Notes under the pieces: model-generated
What the model saw: the letters and a program-made list of their open reading frames with translations, nothing else
The model's database searches: none
What the model was told of the DNA's origin: nothing
Program-made: the position numbers and the translations under genes
In this document: in pieces, positions 25,588-38,543 of the stretch
Layout of the letters: the number at the start of each line of letters is the position of its first letter
Position numbering within the stretch: position 1 is the stretch's first letter
Assembly: GCF_022539665.2 (NCBI RefSeq)
Contig: NC_081334.1
Span: 1,612,001-1,676,000 of the forward strand
Length of the DNA stretch: 64,000 nt
Reading direction: 5' to 3'
Origin: Daphnia carinata
Lineage: Eukaryota

Positions 25588-28359
25588 AAAAACCGAGTGA
25601 AGAGCTAGGTGCAGACAGATGATGAAGCGTGATGGGCAAAACTTAGAATCTTAATTTCCAATTTTGTGTGGTACTCAAGGAGAAGATGGTATGGTTCTAA
25701 ATGATAAATTTTAGGAAAACATGTTACTACATGAAGAATATAGGATTGTTGGCTTAATTATAACTAATAAGGCAATTTTACTTGCAACTGTTATCCAAAG
25801 ACTCAAGAATTGTAAGAGCAGCCAATTTTGCTGAAGAAGGCAGAGGCTTGGCAGTCCTGCGATGGAATACTAAATTTGAAGAAAAGCAATACTAGGCAAG
25901 CCAATAACTTAAAATACCAAAAGAGACTGGTTTGACATTCATGTCATTGTGTGTTGGCTGGTGGTGGTTAATTGTTTGTAACAAAACAAAGTGCAACACA
26001 ATCTATCAGAGCAAAACTGATTCTGATATCTGGGCGAAGTGCAGCAAAATGGGACAGTGGCATTTTGATTCTACGACTGCACATCATTGATAATCATCTT
26101 CCAGGTTATCATCTTTTGTGCTGCAAGTTCCACGAGCAAGATCTTAAAGGTAGAATCATGCCAATTGGTTTACAGACAGCCAAAGTACAAGTTAGATACC
26201 TATCAATCAGCAACGGAATAGCATGATGGAATGCTAAGGTCATCTAACAGGGTAATGTATGACTGTTTGGAATTAGCAGCTTGCTTAGCTTACAGGATTA
26301 CCCATTGCATAAAAAATGAACCATTTGGTATGCTTCACTTCCAACAACTACATAGGGAATTAATCACTTAATTGTTTGTTTGATATAACGTTTCCGTTGG
26401 AGTATAACACAATTAACCAAAACTTTTAAACACAGATTTCACTTGTCACACCACAGCCACAGGTATACAGAAACAAATGAAGTCCCGCACTAGCGACACC
26501 TGGTTTTTTTATTTACAACTAAAATAATGGCGAATCTTAAATTTCAAAACAATGCGAATCATTAGAATTTCAAAACAAGTTGTTTATTCAGTAATATAAA
26601 TATATTTTTTTGGAAAATTCATCCCAAAATTCATTATTTGGGCTCAACATTTAACAAGGATTTCATTGCTATTCCATATGCGCGTACCCAACCAACACTA
26701 AATAGTGCTTCTGCATAAAATGATTCTTCATATTTTTTTTCTAAATGGTATTAATCATTTCATACCTGCTGTTTCTGCATGTACATCGCCATACACATTG
26801 AAATCGTTCTTTTTCTTTTGTCGATACGCCAAAAATAAACGACGAGATGCGACCAAGACACGTTATGCCTGAGAATCAATTTGCAGCCGTATAATATGAT
26901 AAAAAGAACGAGAAATAGTACGTGTACCTGTATAAGTTTATCTGACGACTGGTGAATTCTCACCTAAACCTGCCATTAATTGCTGGATGAACTGAACAGT
27001 AGGCTACAGGTCGGCCGGAGGGGGAAAAATCATCGGATAGACCTTAAAGTACAGCTGACTCTTGCTTTTGATATGGGGATATACTGAATTGTCGTAAGAT
27101 ATCAAAAATTAACTGTTAACTCGTGAAGGATCAGCAGCGAATGCCGGGCTGTAATCAGATTCAGTGGTGCTAACGTTCTGAGCGCATTCACAAGACGACT
27201 GTGGTTGAATAGAACTGGAAACATCCAGCAAGTGGAACGAGCGCAAACACCGAACGGCTGCAACGATATGCGAAATCTAATAACAAACAGGGGATCCATT
27301 AAAAATGTACTTCGTTCTAATTTCAATTAATTAACTGATCTTGCTATCGGGCGACGATAAACTATACCATATAATCGCAAATCAGCTCATCTTGCCAGTT
27401 CCAGTGAATGATGTTCAACAAGAATGCACCAATGACAAAGTATTGGCAGTATGAAGTACATGCAGAATACACAAGGTGGTGGGGTGTGTACAGCTCATTT
27501 TTTGTGCACTAGTCAATGGAAGGTGCCCTAATTGAACATCATCTGAGGCAAAGCCATGAAGAAAGTCTAAAGCCAAACGGGAAAATTTTAGTTTGAAAGT
27601 AGGACTTGCTGGTCTAAAGATACTATAATAATTGCCTTGCACTAATAATTTGCACTGTCATTGCAATCATTTTAAAACTTGATATCTCCTATCACCAATA
27701 CCTCACACACTTTTACAGCTGACGTAAGGTATAGAAGACTTCCACAATCCCGATCCACAGTGAGTTAATTTCATCAAAGCAGAAACCAGTTTTGTTTGAG
27801 TGATATGATCCTAGTATTTACACAAATGAGTAAAAACATTACGTAAAATTACAGTCTTGATGAAGGGTAAGCAGATACCAGTGAGAGACAAAAATGTTGG
27901 AAGTATGCCATATACCATCAGAAAAGCAAAGGTCAGAATCATTCCTTCTTAAAAAATCCATCAGTACTTCTGCATTATACACCTTATCTTCTCACCTTGC
28001 AGATGAGCTTGTTAGCACTTCCAAAAAGGCAAATAAGCTATCAACAGTATTGGTTTTTGTTACTCCACATCTCTTTAAATACAAGAAAATAAATATCACA
28101 TAAACATCTAATTGCGCAATTTAAAATTTTTTGTTATTCTAGTCATTCTGGAATAAAAATCTGCAATATCATACCAGCATTTCATCATACCAATTCCAGA
28201 ACACATTGTGGTTATTGAATTGCCCTTCAATTTTCGAACTGAAACACAGCCAGGTATCTTGAACCAAGTAAACAAAGGTTATAAGATATTTGCAAACACA
28301 AATGTGAAATGATGCATGTGAAGCAAGTGCCGTACGGGAAACTGCCCCACATGTACTTA

Positions 28360-29450
28360 GGTTGGCATCTAGTAGAAGAAACTTGGAGCATTTGCCAATG
28401 CGTCGCCTGAGGTTTATTCCAGCAGTAACTGTTGTAGCTTTTGCTGCACATGTATCCAGTTCCTATTGAGTTTAGACGAAGAAAGCCATCATCAGTATTT
28501 TTAAAAATAAAATAATAAAACTCCGGGACGAAAGAAGTTTTTTAATAGCAGATCAAGCTTTTCCAGTGCTTCTCGAGCTTCATTTCTTTCTTTTTGAACG
28601 GCTTCAAATCAGGTTTGAAACAAAACCAGTGTATACGATTTATGCCGTCCATGAATGGTGTTACATTGGTAAAATACTTACCTACAACGCCATCTATGAA
28701 TAACAAACGGATCCATTACGTCCACGCCATCTATGAATGGTGTTAAAACATGCCAATTGCGAAAGCAAAAACAATAGCCACCACAGGAAGGAAGATTGAT
28801 CTCGTCTCACTCTCCACGTGACGCAACCGGAGAATTCTCGTCACGAATTTCCTTCTGCCTTGCACTGCGTACGAAATAAGACAATATTTTAGCAGGGAAA
28901 TGAAAAGCTAAATTCAATGTAATACACGGTCTTCACAAACAAAGTGAATGACAACATTTAGTTATGCTTATCTAATTTCGAATGTTTAACTGGCATGTTA
29001 ATAGGCAACATATCTAGTCTTTATAACATACCAAACCGTTATTTCTCACATAAATTTTAACTATTTTGTGCTTTTCTTTGTTAACAAATAAAAAAAGAGC
29101 TTTCAACTGGAATTAAATTGCTTTCAAACTGTTACCATCAAAGCATACACATTGCCTGAAAAGCAATTTGAATGCTGAGATCATTTCTAGAGAAATCAAT
29201 CACTATTTTGACTCCTTCACTACAAAAACAGGGAGGAAGCCATAGTATTTAATTTTAAATTATTAATTCTCTTTTACACTTCCTATAAGATGTATCATAG
29301 CAATAACAAGCAACAATGAACTTAAATCATTCATCTACGACACAAATGCAACTGCTGGGAAAAATGCAAGATGAACCACAGGAAGGCACCACAGCAAGGC
29401 GACTAACACAGGTAGCCATCTGGCGTCGATGGCACAAACCATAAGAATTT
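28360..29450 (-). repeat. Arm B of the inverted duplication
   Basis: Reverse complement aligns by eye with 21260-21432, 21720-21740, 22084-22110 and 22488-22712, in the same order. Confidence 0.8.
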
Positions 29451-30454
29451 GTACCAAGAAAGGTTAACATTAACAGATTGAAAACTGATTTTCTATAATG
29501 CTTTTATACCTACCGAATCTGTAAATGAAGCGACTTTCCCCCGAAGTTAGTCCCCCAAGGTAGTAGAGGAACGAAGAGTTTTCCTTTAGCCTTTTCCTGG
29601 TATCAAAAGAATTTTAGAAACAAACAACGTTCAAGCAATCTATGTGGATACCTTTTTATTTGTCGGATGTCGGGAGAGCTTTGTAACTGGCATAGGTGTT
29701 TTTTCTTTTCACAGGGGCTTTTCCCAAACATCATAATTGGAATAGTTGTATTTAATACAAAAATTATCTTTGAGGAAGAAGTCAGAAAAACTAAGTACTA
29801 GCACTGTTGAAATAGTTTTCCCCTACAAGAGTCACAATTGTTGCAGTTATCTGCACATTTACATGCATTAATTCACCAGGGTGTAAGTATACTGGATCAC
29901 CCTGGGGCCAATCTGTTTTTATTTCCTTTTGCTTTTTTTCATGTTCATTCTGACTCTACTTCTCCAACATGTTCCTGTTTATTCTGTTGGTGTTTGGCAG
30001 TCAAGCTAGAATTCCTTTTGCCTGTGTTTCTGCTGCCATTAAGATTTGTTATTATAATAGCAAATCCAATAATAATCTATATTTACTGAACAGAAAAACG
30101 TAGGGGTGAAGCTAATCTAAGACAGATCTATAAAAAGTTAAAGGAAATAAATTATAATAAAAAAATATACTTTCATCCTACACAAATAATTACTTATGTA
30201 ATCTCCTTGGTACAATTCCACCCCATACTAATAACCACTATTAGAGTGTATTAAATATTTTTTTATCTAAGAAGCAATTAATAACGTTTTCAAATACTTT
30301 CCATGATAAGTCCGCTGACACGTGAGCTACGGCAGATGCAGCTCTTCCACGGTGTTACTTAACTATGGACTTGGTCAGTCCAATATAGGCTTTGCGAGAT
30401 GGCGTTGCTTGACAGGTTGGGCAGTGAACGCCATCTGACGAAGACCAAAAAAAA

Positions 30455-30536
30455 TTTTAAGCCCGACTAAAAAACTAAATAAGCCCGGGTAAGGATATAA
30501 GAAAAATCGGGCTTATTTCGTCGGTCGGGCTTAAAA
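30455..30536. repeat. Short imperfect palindrome (possible MITE relic)
   Basis: TTTTAAGCCCGAC..AAATAAGCCCG / CGGGCTTATTT..GTCGGGCTTAAAA. Confidence 0.7.
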
Positions 30537-30835
30537 ATGTTTTCGGCAAAAACTGACGCTCATCGGAATTTGTTGAATATCACAGGATATATATTATATA
30601 ATGTATTCATCTCTATAACTCTGCATGGTTCTATGATTCTAACGAGAGATATTATTTATATATTTTTTTTTTCTTTAAATTTTAAATTCGAAATGGCACT
30701 GTCGCCTCAATAAACCGGTACAAACAAAGATTGTTTTTGATCAAGCGATACACAGGAAAACCTTTTTGCGTAACCTTAAGGTGAAGAATTGTTGATAAAC
30801 TGTACCAAATGCAAAGCCTCTGACTGTTTAAGAAA

Positions 30836-31995
30836 ATGCCACCTAAAAGATATACGGTAAATGGTTATATATTTGGCGTTGCTCTATTAAGAAAACCCTT
30901 TATTTTTGTTTAGATTAACAAGCCAAATGTGAAAGATACCACCCTAAAAACAAAGTCTAATAAAGCAGCGCAAATGTTTCTACTCCAGAGAGAGAAGTCT
31001 CGGCTCATTTCAAGCATACAAAAAATGAAAAAGGATTTATATGAAATAAGAGCTGCTCTAAAACAACGAGAATTCCAAGCCCTGCAGGAACCAGGAAAGT
31101 ATGTTAGGTGTTCAAAGATATTGTGTTATGCAAATTGTTATTAAATTTTTTTTAGAAAGGAGGAAAAGTTTGTGGAATATTCCAAGAATGTTGATATTTG
31201 GTCCAAATCCTTTGGCATAGCCATTGACCAAGCAGTATATACAAAACATGAATCCAGAAAGTGGCACATTGAAGCAAGTGGAGCAAGCTTGAAATTTGTG
31301 GTGGACATATACTGTGCAACCAATGTAATCATGTTTTCTTTCTAGTCTGGATCGCCTTCCAATGAACTAAATTCATTATTTTCAGGAAACGACCAAAAAG
31401 GGTTTTATAAAAGAACTTTTCATTGAGACCACTGAACCATGCAAACAAGAGCTCCAACCATGGTTCGATAGACTTGACTGCAACGCTGAACAAATATTCA
31501 AAGTTTTAAAGGGTATATAATCTATTTTACGCTGGAATCTGATGATGCATTATATGTGTTCATCTTTCACAGTATATGACGAAATGAATAAGGAAAGAGA
31601 GTCTGGGCTCAGAGTTTGCAAGGAGGAATTTGGTTCCATAATTACTGTTTATCACCTGAAACCTTCCGGAGAGACAGTCGTTGAACTCGGGAATCAGGAT
31701 GCTTATTATTTTCAGATCAAATGGAAGCTTACCCCATCTATTAAACATATTGCCAAAGTGAAAAATGTTTGTCGCATTGCATGTACTGAAGACGGTAAAC
31801 AAGTTAACATAGAATTTCATATAAATAAATATATACATATTGTTTTTTCCCGTTTTTATTCTTTAATTCTTGCGCACAGGTGACAAGTATATCAAGGCAA
31901 ACACTGACCTATCCAGTATCAAGAGAAAATTAGGTGAATCGCCTATAGACGTTATTCAGCTATTGGCCAGGGGTATCGCCAAAGGGGACACATAA
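30836..31995 (+). CDS. Six-exon protein, N-terminal coiled coil + tandem RWD-like region; probable divergent CENP-P
   Basis: Exons join in phase from MPPKRYT| to ..LARGIAKGDT*. Residue pattern FGIAI..RKWHIEASGASLKFVVDI..IKELFIETTEPCKQELQPWFDRL..IFKVLKVYDEMNKER..CKEEFG..YFQIKWKL resembles CENP-P. The gene model is more certain than the name. Confidence 0.6.
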
Positions 31996-32074
31996 AAAAA
32001 TGTTTGAACACCAAATAACACTGAAAACGGGAGGCGATGGAATTCATCTTTGCTTTTGTACTTACAAATCGTGC

Positions 32075-34739
32075 TTATTTCACTGTGACACTGATGATCG
32101 ATATGTCGTTATATGGCTTGTCTGTTTTTGGGTTTGTTTTGGTAGAACTTATCTCTTGTACTACTTCCATCCCCTTCACAACACGTCCAAATACTGTATG
32201 CTTGTTGTCGAGCCAAGGCTATAAAATAATAAAAATTAATTAAAATATCATCAAGGTCACAAAATAAAATGTTTAAAAAACTGACCGCAGGCGCGACAGT
32301 GATGAAAAATTGACTCCCGTTAGTCCCTGGGCCGGCATTCGCCATGCTAACTGTGTAAGGACGATCGTGGCGCAGCGAAGGGTGGAATTCGTCACCGAAT
32401 TCACCACCCCATATACTCTCACCACCTGTTCCGGTTCCTAAGAAAAGTCAAATTGCGTTAACTAAATTATGTTTTAAATCTATGTATAACATTTTCCTTT
32501 ACCCAGTGGATCACCAGTTTGAATCATAAACCCCTTTATGCAACGGTGAAAGATGTGATTGTTGAAGTAACTATTTTTGCTATGGACGCAGAAATTCTCA
32601 ACGGTTTTTGGACATTCTTTCCCGAAAAGTTGAATATGAATGTCACCAACAGTGGTGTGAAGAACGGCCGTTTCGTAAATCCGCTGGGTTCCTATATCAA
32701 GGGAAAATAATCAGATAAGAAAAGATACATAATTCGGGTAGACAATTGGTCGCAAAAAAGATAAAAAATTAATTATTTTATGGCTGTCACAGTTTTGTTC
32801 CATGATTCTTTTCTGGTATTTTTATTGACGAAATACTAATTACTGACCAATGGCGTCGGTGGCTGCAATCATGTCTTCTTTAGAAGGCTTCTCGTTAAAA
32901 ACATCGCGTTCTGTACCAGGTGCTTTACTATCATCGGGATCTCTCCTAGACAAAATGTTAGTTTTTGCGTATATTTTGATGTGACGGCAACACAGAGTAC
33001 CTGGTGAATAAGAAAAACCGATTCTTTTTAAACGCCGTTACAAACAGTGTTGGGTCAGGTTCGATAGATTCTAGAGTAGGATTTTCAGAAGCTTCCATTT
33101 CGAGAGTTACCGCTGCAGGATTATGTCTGGCTTTTCCCTACAAATAATGCTTTCTAGTTCAAGTACTTTACTGTAATAGGATTGTTAGTTTTTTAAGTTT
33201 GACAAACCTGGATAAGAGAAAGCTGGAGAAAACGCATGTTTTCTGGTTTGCCTATAAGACGCGCAAGTCTATTTGTAACCAAATTAATGACCTTCACTCC
33301 AATCATAGTAGGGACCAGGAGAAAATTTCCACTTTCGTCAAAAGTCAAACGCGTTAAATGAAGGCAATCAGCCTTTTCAACTTCCTTTTCCATGGCTACA
33401 CGTCGGTTAAACTCCATATTTGGCAACGTTTTTTTCTGCTGAAGTTCCATATAATGCTGGATAGATTCGTCTATGACACGTTTGAGCTTACCCGAGGCGA
33501 ATTTGAAAATCCGAACCTTAAGCAATCCATGATTGATTTGAAGAACATACGATTAATACTAACAGCAAGGTTATAAAACTTACGTACCTTTCGATCTGCT
33601 CCGTAAGTAGCAAACATTTCACCGTTCGGAGAAAAGCACAAGCTCAATGGGTAAGTTTTTCGCTTCATGAATTCAAAGAGATCAGTATCAAGTTTCGACT
33701 CAAAGTCGACATTCCTTGGGAAGGCATATTCAGTTTTTTCACCAGTCCAGTAATTCAGGATTCCTTGCTTGTCAACAGATATCACAGCTTCATAGACAGG
33801 GTTGTACTAAACGGGAAAAGTTTTGTCATTTTTTTGCTACGGCCTTCACATAAAATAAACCTACTTTAATCAGTGTTACTGGTTTGTTGTGTAATTTCTC
33901 TAATTGATGGATTGGCTTATTAATTCCATGCCCATCATATAGGTTAATAGTGCCATTTTCAGACTCTGAACTAAAACAAAAGACAATGACAATTTAGCAA
34001 CACAGTAATCAATGTGATAAAAATAAAAGAAATGCCTTACACTGCTAGAACAGAAATAGGGTCTCCAGGTGAATGAACCCATTCACAGCAGCCTGGTATG
34101 TATGATAATTTCATCATGTTGATCATGTCTTAATGGCAGAAAATGTTCATTAGCTCCAATATGAGGACAGAGAAAACAATTGACATACCAAAATTGACAA
34201 CATCGAACACCTTCAATGATTTATCATTGGATATTGTGCACAACAAGGTCCCACAAGAGTTAATGCTGACATCTTGAATGTTACCAAGATGGCCTCTAAA
34301 ATGTTTGACAAACTCGATTCCAAGTTCTTGTTTCTTCCAAAACTTGATATGACCATCAATACTGCAAGTGATGATAAAATTTGTTCTGTCACGAAAAGAA
34401 TTAGGTAATTCTCACAACAGTGACATGCCAGCTTGCTCACAGATTTACTTTGTTGTTACCAAATGTGTTACAGTATCCCGATGCATAAAACTCCGCTCGT
34501 ACATTTCCACATTGGGAAGATTATCTAAATAAAGTTCTTCAAACTCCAGCACTGCGAAAACACGCAAAATTTTTTAAATTGCATTTGAAAATCTTCAGTA
34601 CAATACTTTTGACTCACTAACCTTTCTTTTTCTTGGCTTTTGAATGAAAAGCTTCAGCTGGCATAGGGCCCACAAATTCTTCTTCAGATTCAGATTTATT
34701 TTCCTCATGTTGGCGCTTGCTGCTTGTTGATTCCGCCAT
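32075..34739 (-). CDS. PPWD1: Peptidylprolyl isomerase domain and WD repeat-containing protein 1
   Basis: [24 protein letters not shown]40 region, [22 protein letters not shown], cyclophilin motifs [34 protein letters not shown] and [16 protein letters not shown]. Confidence 0.95.
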
Positions 34740-34838
34740 TTTTAATATCAAACTCGCCGGTTGAAAAACAAATGACGAATAGTAGCCGCAGTGGCGCTAG
34801 GTGTCAACACCAATAGCAGACCACATTCCAAGTTCAAG

Positions 34839-35474
34839 ATGGAAGTTGAAGAAGCATCATCTCATCGCTCGAAACGTAAAAAAGAGAGGAAACACCATAA
34901 ATCTAAAAGCAAATCCAAAAGTAAGTCAAAGAAGAAGCATCGGAAAAGGAGTAGGCGATCGCCTTCTAGTTCTGAAGAATCCCAGCAGCATTCTAATGTA
35001 AAGGCTAGTAGCCTTGTTAATCTCGCAAACCCAGAAGATAGCCACAAATATTCTCATCAAGAGGTCGTGGACCTAGTCAAAAAGACGCTAGACTCGTTGT
35101 TAGCCAAAGATCCTATTTTGAATGATCTTCCACCTGCTGTCACTTTAGAAGAGGCCCAATCTTTGATTGCATTAGAGCACGGACAGGCCATTCATATCGA
35201 GATCCATCGGGACGATGGAACTTCATTTCCCGTAATCATCAGCCAAAATGCTACTGTTGGTCAACTAAAGCGATCTGTTGAACGAGCTACAGAACTGCGA
35301 TTGAGCCGAGACAGGTCAAGCTGCCATAGACGGATCAACTGGAAATATGTTTGGAAAACTTACTGGCTCTACGCACAGGGAATCAAGTTGAAGGACGATA
35401 TGGCTTCACTAAAAGACTGCGCTATAAATAATTACGACCGCGTTTCGTTCATCAAGCGACTTAAAGAAAAATAA
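34839..35474 (+). CDS. SNRNP25: U11/U12 snRNP 25 kDa protein homolog with Lys/Arg/Ser-rich N-terminal extension (intronless CDS)
   Basis: DPILNDLPPAVTLEEAQSLIALEHGQAI, QNATVGQLKR, INWKYVWKTYWL, LKDCAINNYDRVSFIKRLK (ubiquitin-like fold of SNRNP25). Confidence 0.9.
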   Translation: MEVEEASSHRSKRKKERKHHKSKSKSKSKSKKKHRKRSRRSPSSSEESQQHSNVKASSLVNLANPEDSHKYSHQEVVDLVKKTLDSLLAKDPILNDLPPAVTLEEAQSLIALEHGQAIHIEIHRDDGTSFPVIISQNATVGQLKRSVERATELRLSRDRSSCHRRINWKYVWKTYWLYAQGIKLKDDMASLKDCAINNYDRVSFIKRLKEK

Positions 35475-37198
35475 AAGACATTAAAAGATGGCTTTGTGAT
35501 TTTTGTTCATATAGTACATGTGTGGAATGAAGCTGACGAATGCTGAGAATCTAAATCTTAAAACTGTTTGCATTCTGGCGTAATCATTGCAGAGGAAGGT
35601 TGTTTTTAACACATGTACAGCGCCTGCGGTGTCATTTGAATTTGAATCAGTGAAAATGTAGCGACCGTTAGTTATTTTCTCTTCAACTGGGCGGGACCAA
35701 TGGCGTAATGTGCACAACGCAAAAGTTCTGGGGAAAGAAATACGAAGGTACATAAAAATGCCACACACTGGCCGAAGAGCGGCGCGCGCGGCGTTTTTCA
35801 GGCCAGCTGCTGTCAGCCCTACAACCCAGGAATAAGGGTGTGTGTAAATTATGTTTTCTCATCTCAATGGATGTTTCACCCTCCCCCCTTCTTCCTATGC
35901 TACGCCAAGGGAGAGAAAAAAAAAACTTTTTGTTCACACACGCACCAATAGGGGGAGAAAGAAACATACACACTGTATGCGTAGATGGGTCAGTGTAATT
36001 TCCCGCGCGTCCATAAAAAAGGAGAGAAAAAAAAGATAGAAGTCACGTGACCTTAAGCGACAACCAATAGCGAGAGTTGACACCAACGCCACCTAGGAGG
36101 ACGCGGTAGTAATATGCGGCCCTCGCGCCGGCGCCGTTGGCTTCCCCCACAAAAGGTTGAGGTTTTTACACTGAGTGTAGCGTTATAGAGCTCTGGTCGA
36201 CCAGATACAGGACGCGCCTGGCTGCCAAGGTAAGTCGAATAATTTTGCCCCTCTCTCTGTAATTCAAGTAAAATTACTTGGGATTTTTTCCTAAATTGCC
36301 ACATTTTATGACGACTAGAGTGGTGTAGTCAGGATTTTTGCACAATTTTTCCCAACTGTTAGAACGTAGACAATACGAGTTAACGAATTTTCTCCAAAAG
36401 TCTCATCTCGCGAACCCTTGGGTTGGCTTTGCTTTCCCTTTTGGTCGGGCGCGCGGGGGCCCGCCATAGACTGAGTCCACCCGTTTTTCCTCCGTTTGAC
36501 GCAGTGTATCTGTGTGTGTGTGCATATGCGCCAGTGTGTGCTAGTGTCGTGCCCGTGTGTATACCCCTAGTGCGGCGTGTGGATATTCCCGGCCCAACGC
36601 GTTGTGAGAAAAGAAAATTATCCATTTTGGTATTTTCTCCATTTAGGTAGGAGACCTAAAAAATCTTGGAAAAATTAATCTTAGGGCTAATAATTTCGAA
36701 GAAAATTATCGTAGCATTGGTTGCTTATTCTCCCTCCACTTTGCGTCGGCCATTGATTTTTTAAGCGTTAGGAATCTGGACAGTTTGACTGGTAAATTGA
36801 TCGCAGCAGCCACCATTGCCCGTACTCTCCCCGACGCTTGTATGTTGTTAGGCTCTTGTCTGCTTCCCGCCGGCGAAAAGGAAATTTCATCTCACTAAAA
36901 AAATTCTTATATCGTAAATTTTTTAAAATTACGAAATGTTGTTCCATTTGTTGATTATATTTTGTGTGCATTTTTAAGTTACCAATGAAAATAGGGGCGG
37001 GGGGGTGATAGGTTGCTCTTGTATCGCGGGTGGTGGGGACGACCAGTGTGATGATTGGCCGAGAGCTCACTTTCCCGCCCTTATATTTGAAACGCTATTG
37101 CCTGATTTCTTCCATTGCTGATTTTCTGACCGCTTTTGTTATTTTACTTTTAGGTTTTTAGTCTTAAAGAGTAAAGGAATCCAACTGTTTGATTAAAT

Positions 37199-37689
37199 AT
37201 GGCTGATGCTGCATCACCCAAGAAACGTGGACGTCCTGCAAAGAAAGCTGCCGATGGCGAGCACAAAGAAAAAGATGTATGTTTCTACTCTGAAAACTGA
37301 ACTTACGCTTAATATGGTGATTCTAATCTAAATATATTTACTTAAACTTTAAGGAGCCCAAGAAGGCTGAAAAGAGGGCAGCTGCCCCGGCACCAGCAGC
37401 CGCCGCGGCCGAAAGCGGTGAATCTCAGGTGAAGAGAGGACGCGGTCGCCCTAAAGGATCAGGCAAGAAGGCCAGTGGAGCCGCCGGAGCCTCCGCTGCC
37501 AAGTCTAAGGTAAATGCAAGTTCGTCTTCAAATCCTTTGCCACATTTCAGCTAACAAAACAAAATTTTGGTTATTCAGCCCCCTGCCGGTGGTCGTGGTC
37601 GTGGCCGCCCAAAGAAGGCGGAAGCCAGCAAAAAGGAAGAGTCAGCTGAAGAAGAGTCTGCCGGAGATGATGATGGCGAGTCATCATAA
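37199..37689 (+). CDS. HMGA-like AT-hook chromatin protein (3 short exons, missed by ORF track)
   Basis: MADAASPKKRGRPAKK..|..KRGRGRPKGSGKK..|PPAGGRGRGRPKK..EESAEEESAGDDDGESS*: three AT-hooks plus an acidic tail. Probable 5'UTR intron from donor AAG|GTAAGT near 36230. Confidence 0.9.
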
Positions 37690-38543
37690 ACAAAACAAAG
37701 TGTTCAAAAACTACCCACACTCTAAATGGGAGTTTTCTTGATTTTCTTCGTTTTTTGAGTTCGATATCGAACGATTCGACGAGATGATTAGAACACCTCT
37801 CTTAAAAAACAAAATGCAGAAAACCATGTCGCGTCATCCTTTTTTAGTAATTTTTTTTTTAAACACAACTTATCCCCATCTCATTACACCCCACCATCTT
37901 TTAAATAGTGTCCACCCCTCTTGTAAACCCTTAACAGTAAATCGCCAACATCTGCTCCTGTTTTTTCTTGTTTTTAAATCTTCCATCCTTTCTCACCGTC
38001 GTCTCGTGTGCGTCGTTTCCCTTTAATCTTTTAATATACCGTTTTCATCCCAAACTCTCGATGGTGTGTAAGTGCAGTTCTCTTAGTCCTCCTTTTTTTA
38101 CTTCGATGGATATCTTGGATGGATGAAAACCCTCCTCCGTTCCTCTTGCACCTGTAAAATCCCCATCTCGGCAAAGAAACACAACTCTGCCTTCCCATCC
38201 GATTCTGCACATCATTGAATTCGACAACTGAGCCACAAACAAAATTTATGAAGAACGTTTCACTCGTGACGCTATCCTCCTCATTTTTCTGGCCATCCAA
38301 TACAAGATTTCGGTTGATAAAAAAACCAATTCAACTTGACGTGTTTAGTAATCTCAAATCTCGTATTATTGATCGCACACCGAACGAGAGGAAAAACCCA
38401 ACTGTCATAACAAGCTTCCAATCTCAATCTTCCAAGGCGTTGACTAGAAGGCGTGGCAGGAATCAGGATGAAAGATTATTAGGATAAACACACAGGAGAA
38501 CAAAAACAGGAAAATAGGATCACACAAGGGTAAATGTTATTCT

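Noticed and set aside
25303..25639. ORFs 25303-25608 (+) and 25322-25639 (-)
   Set aside because: They stay open only because of the stop-free GC minisatellite.
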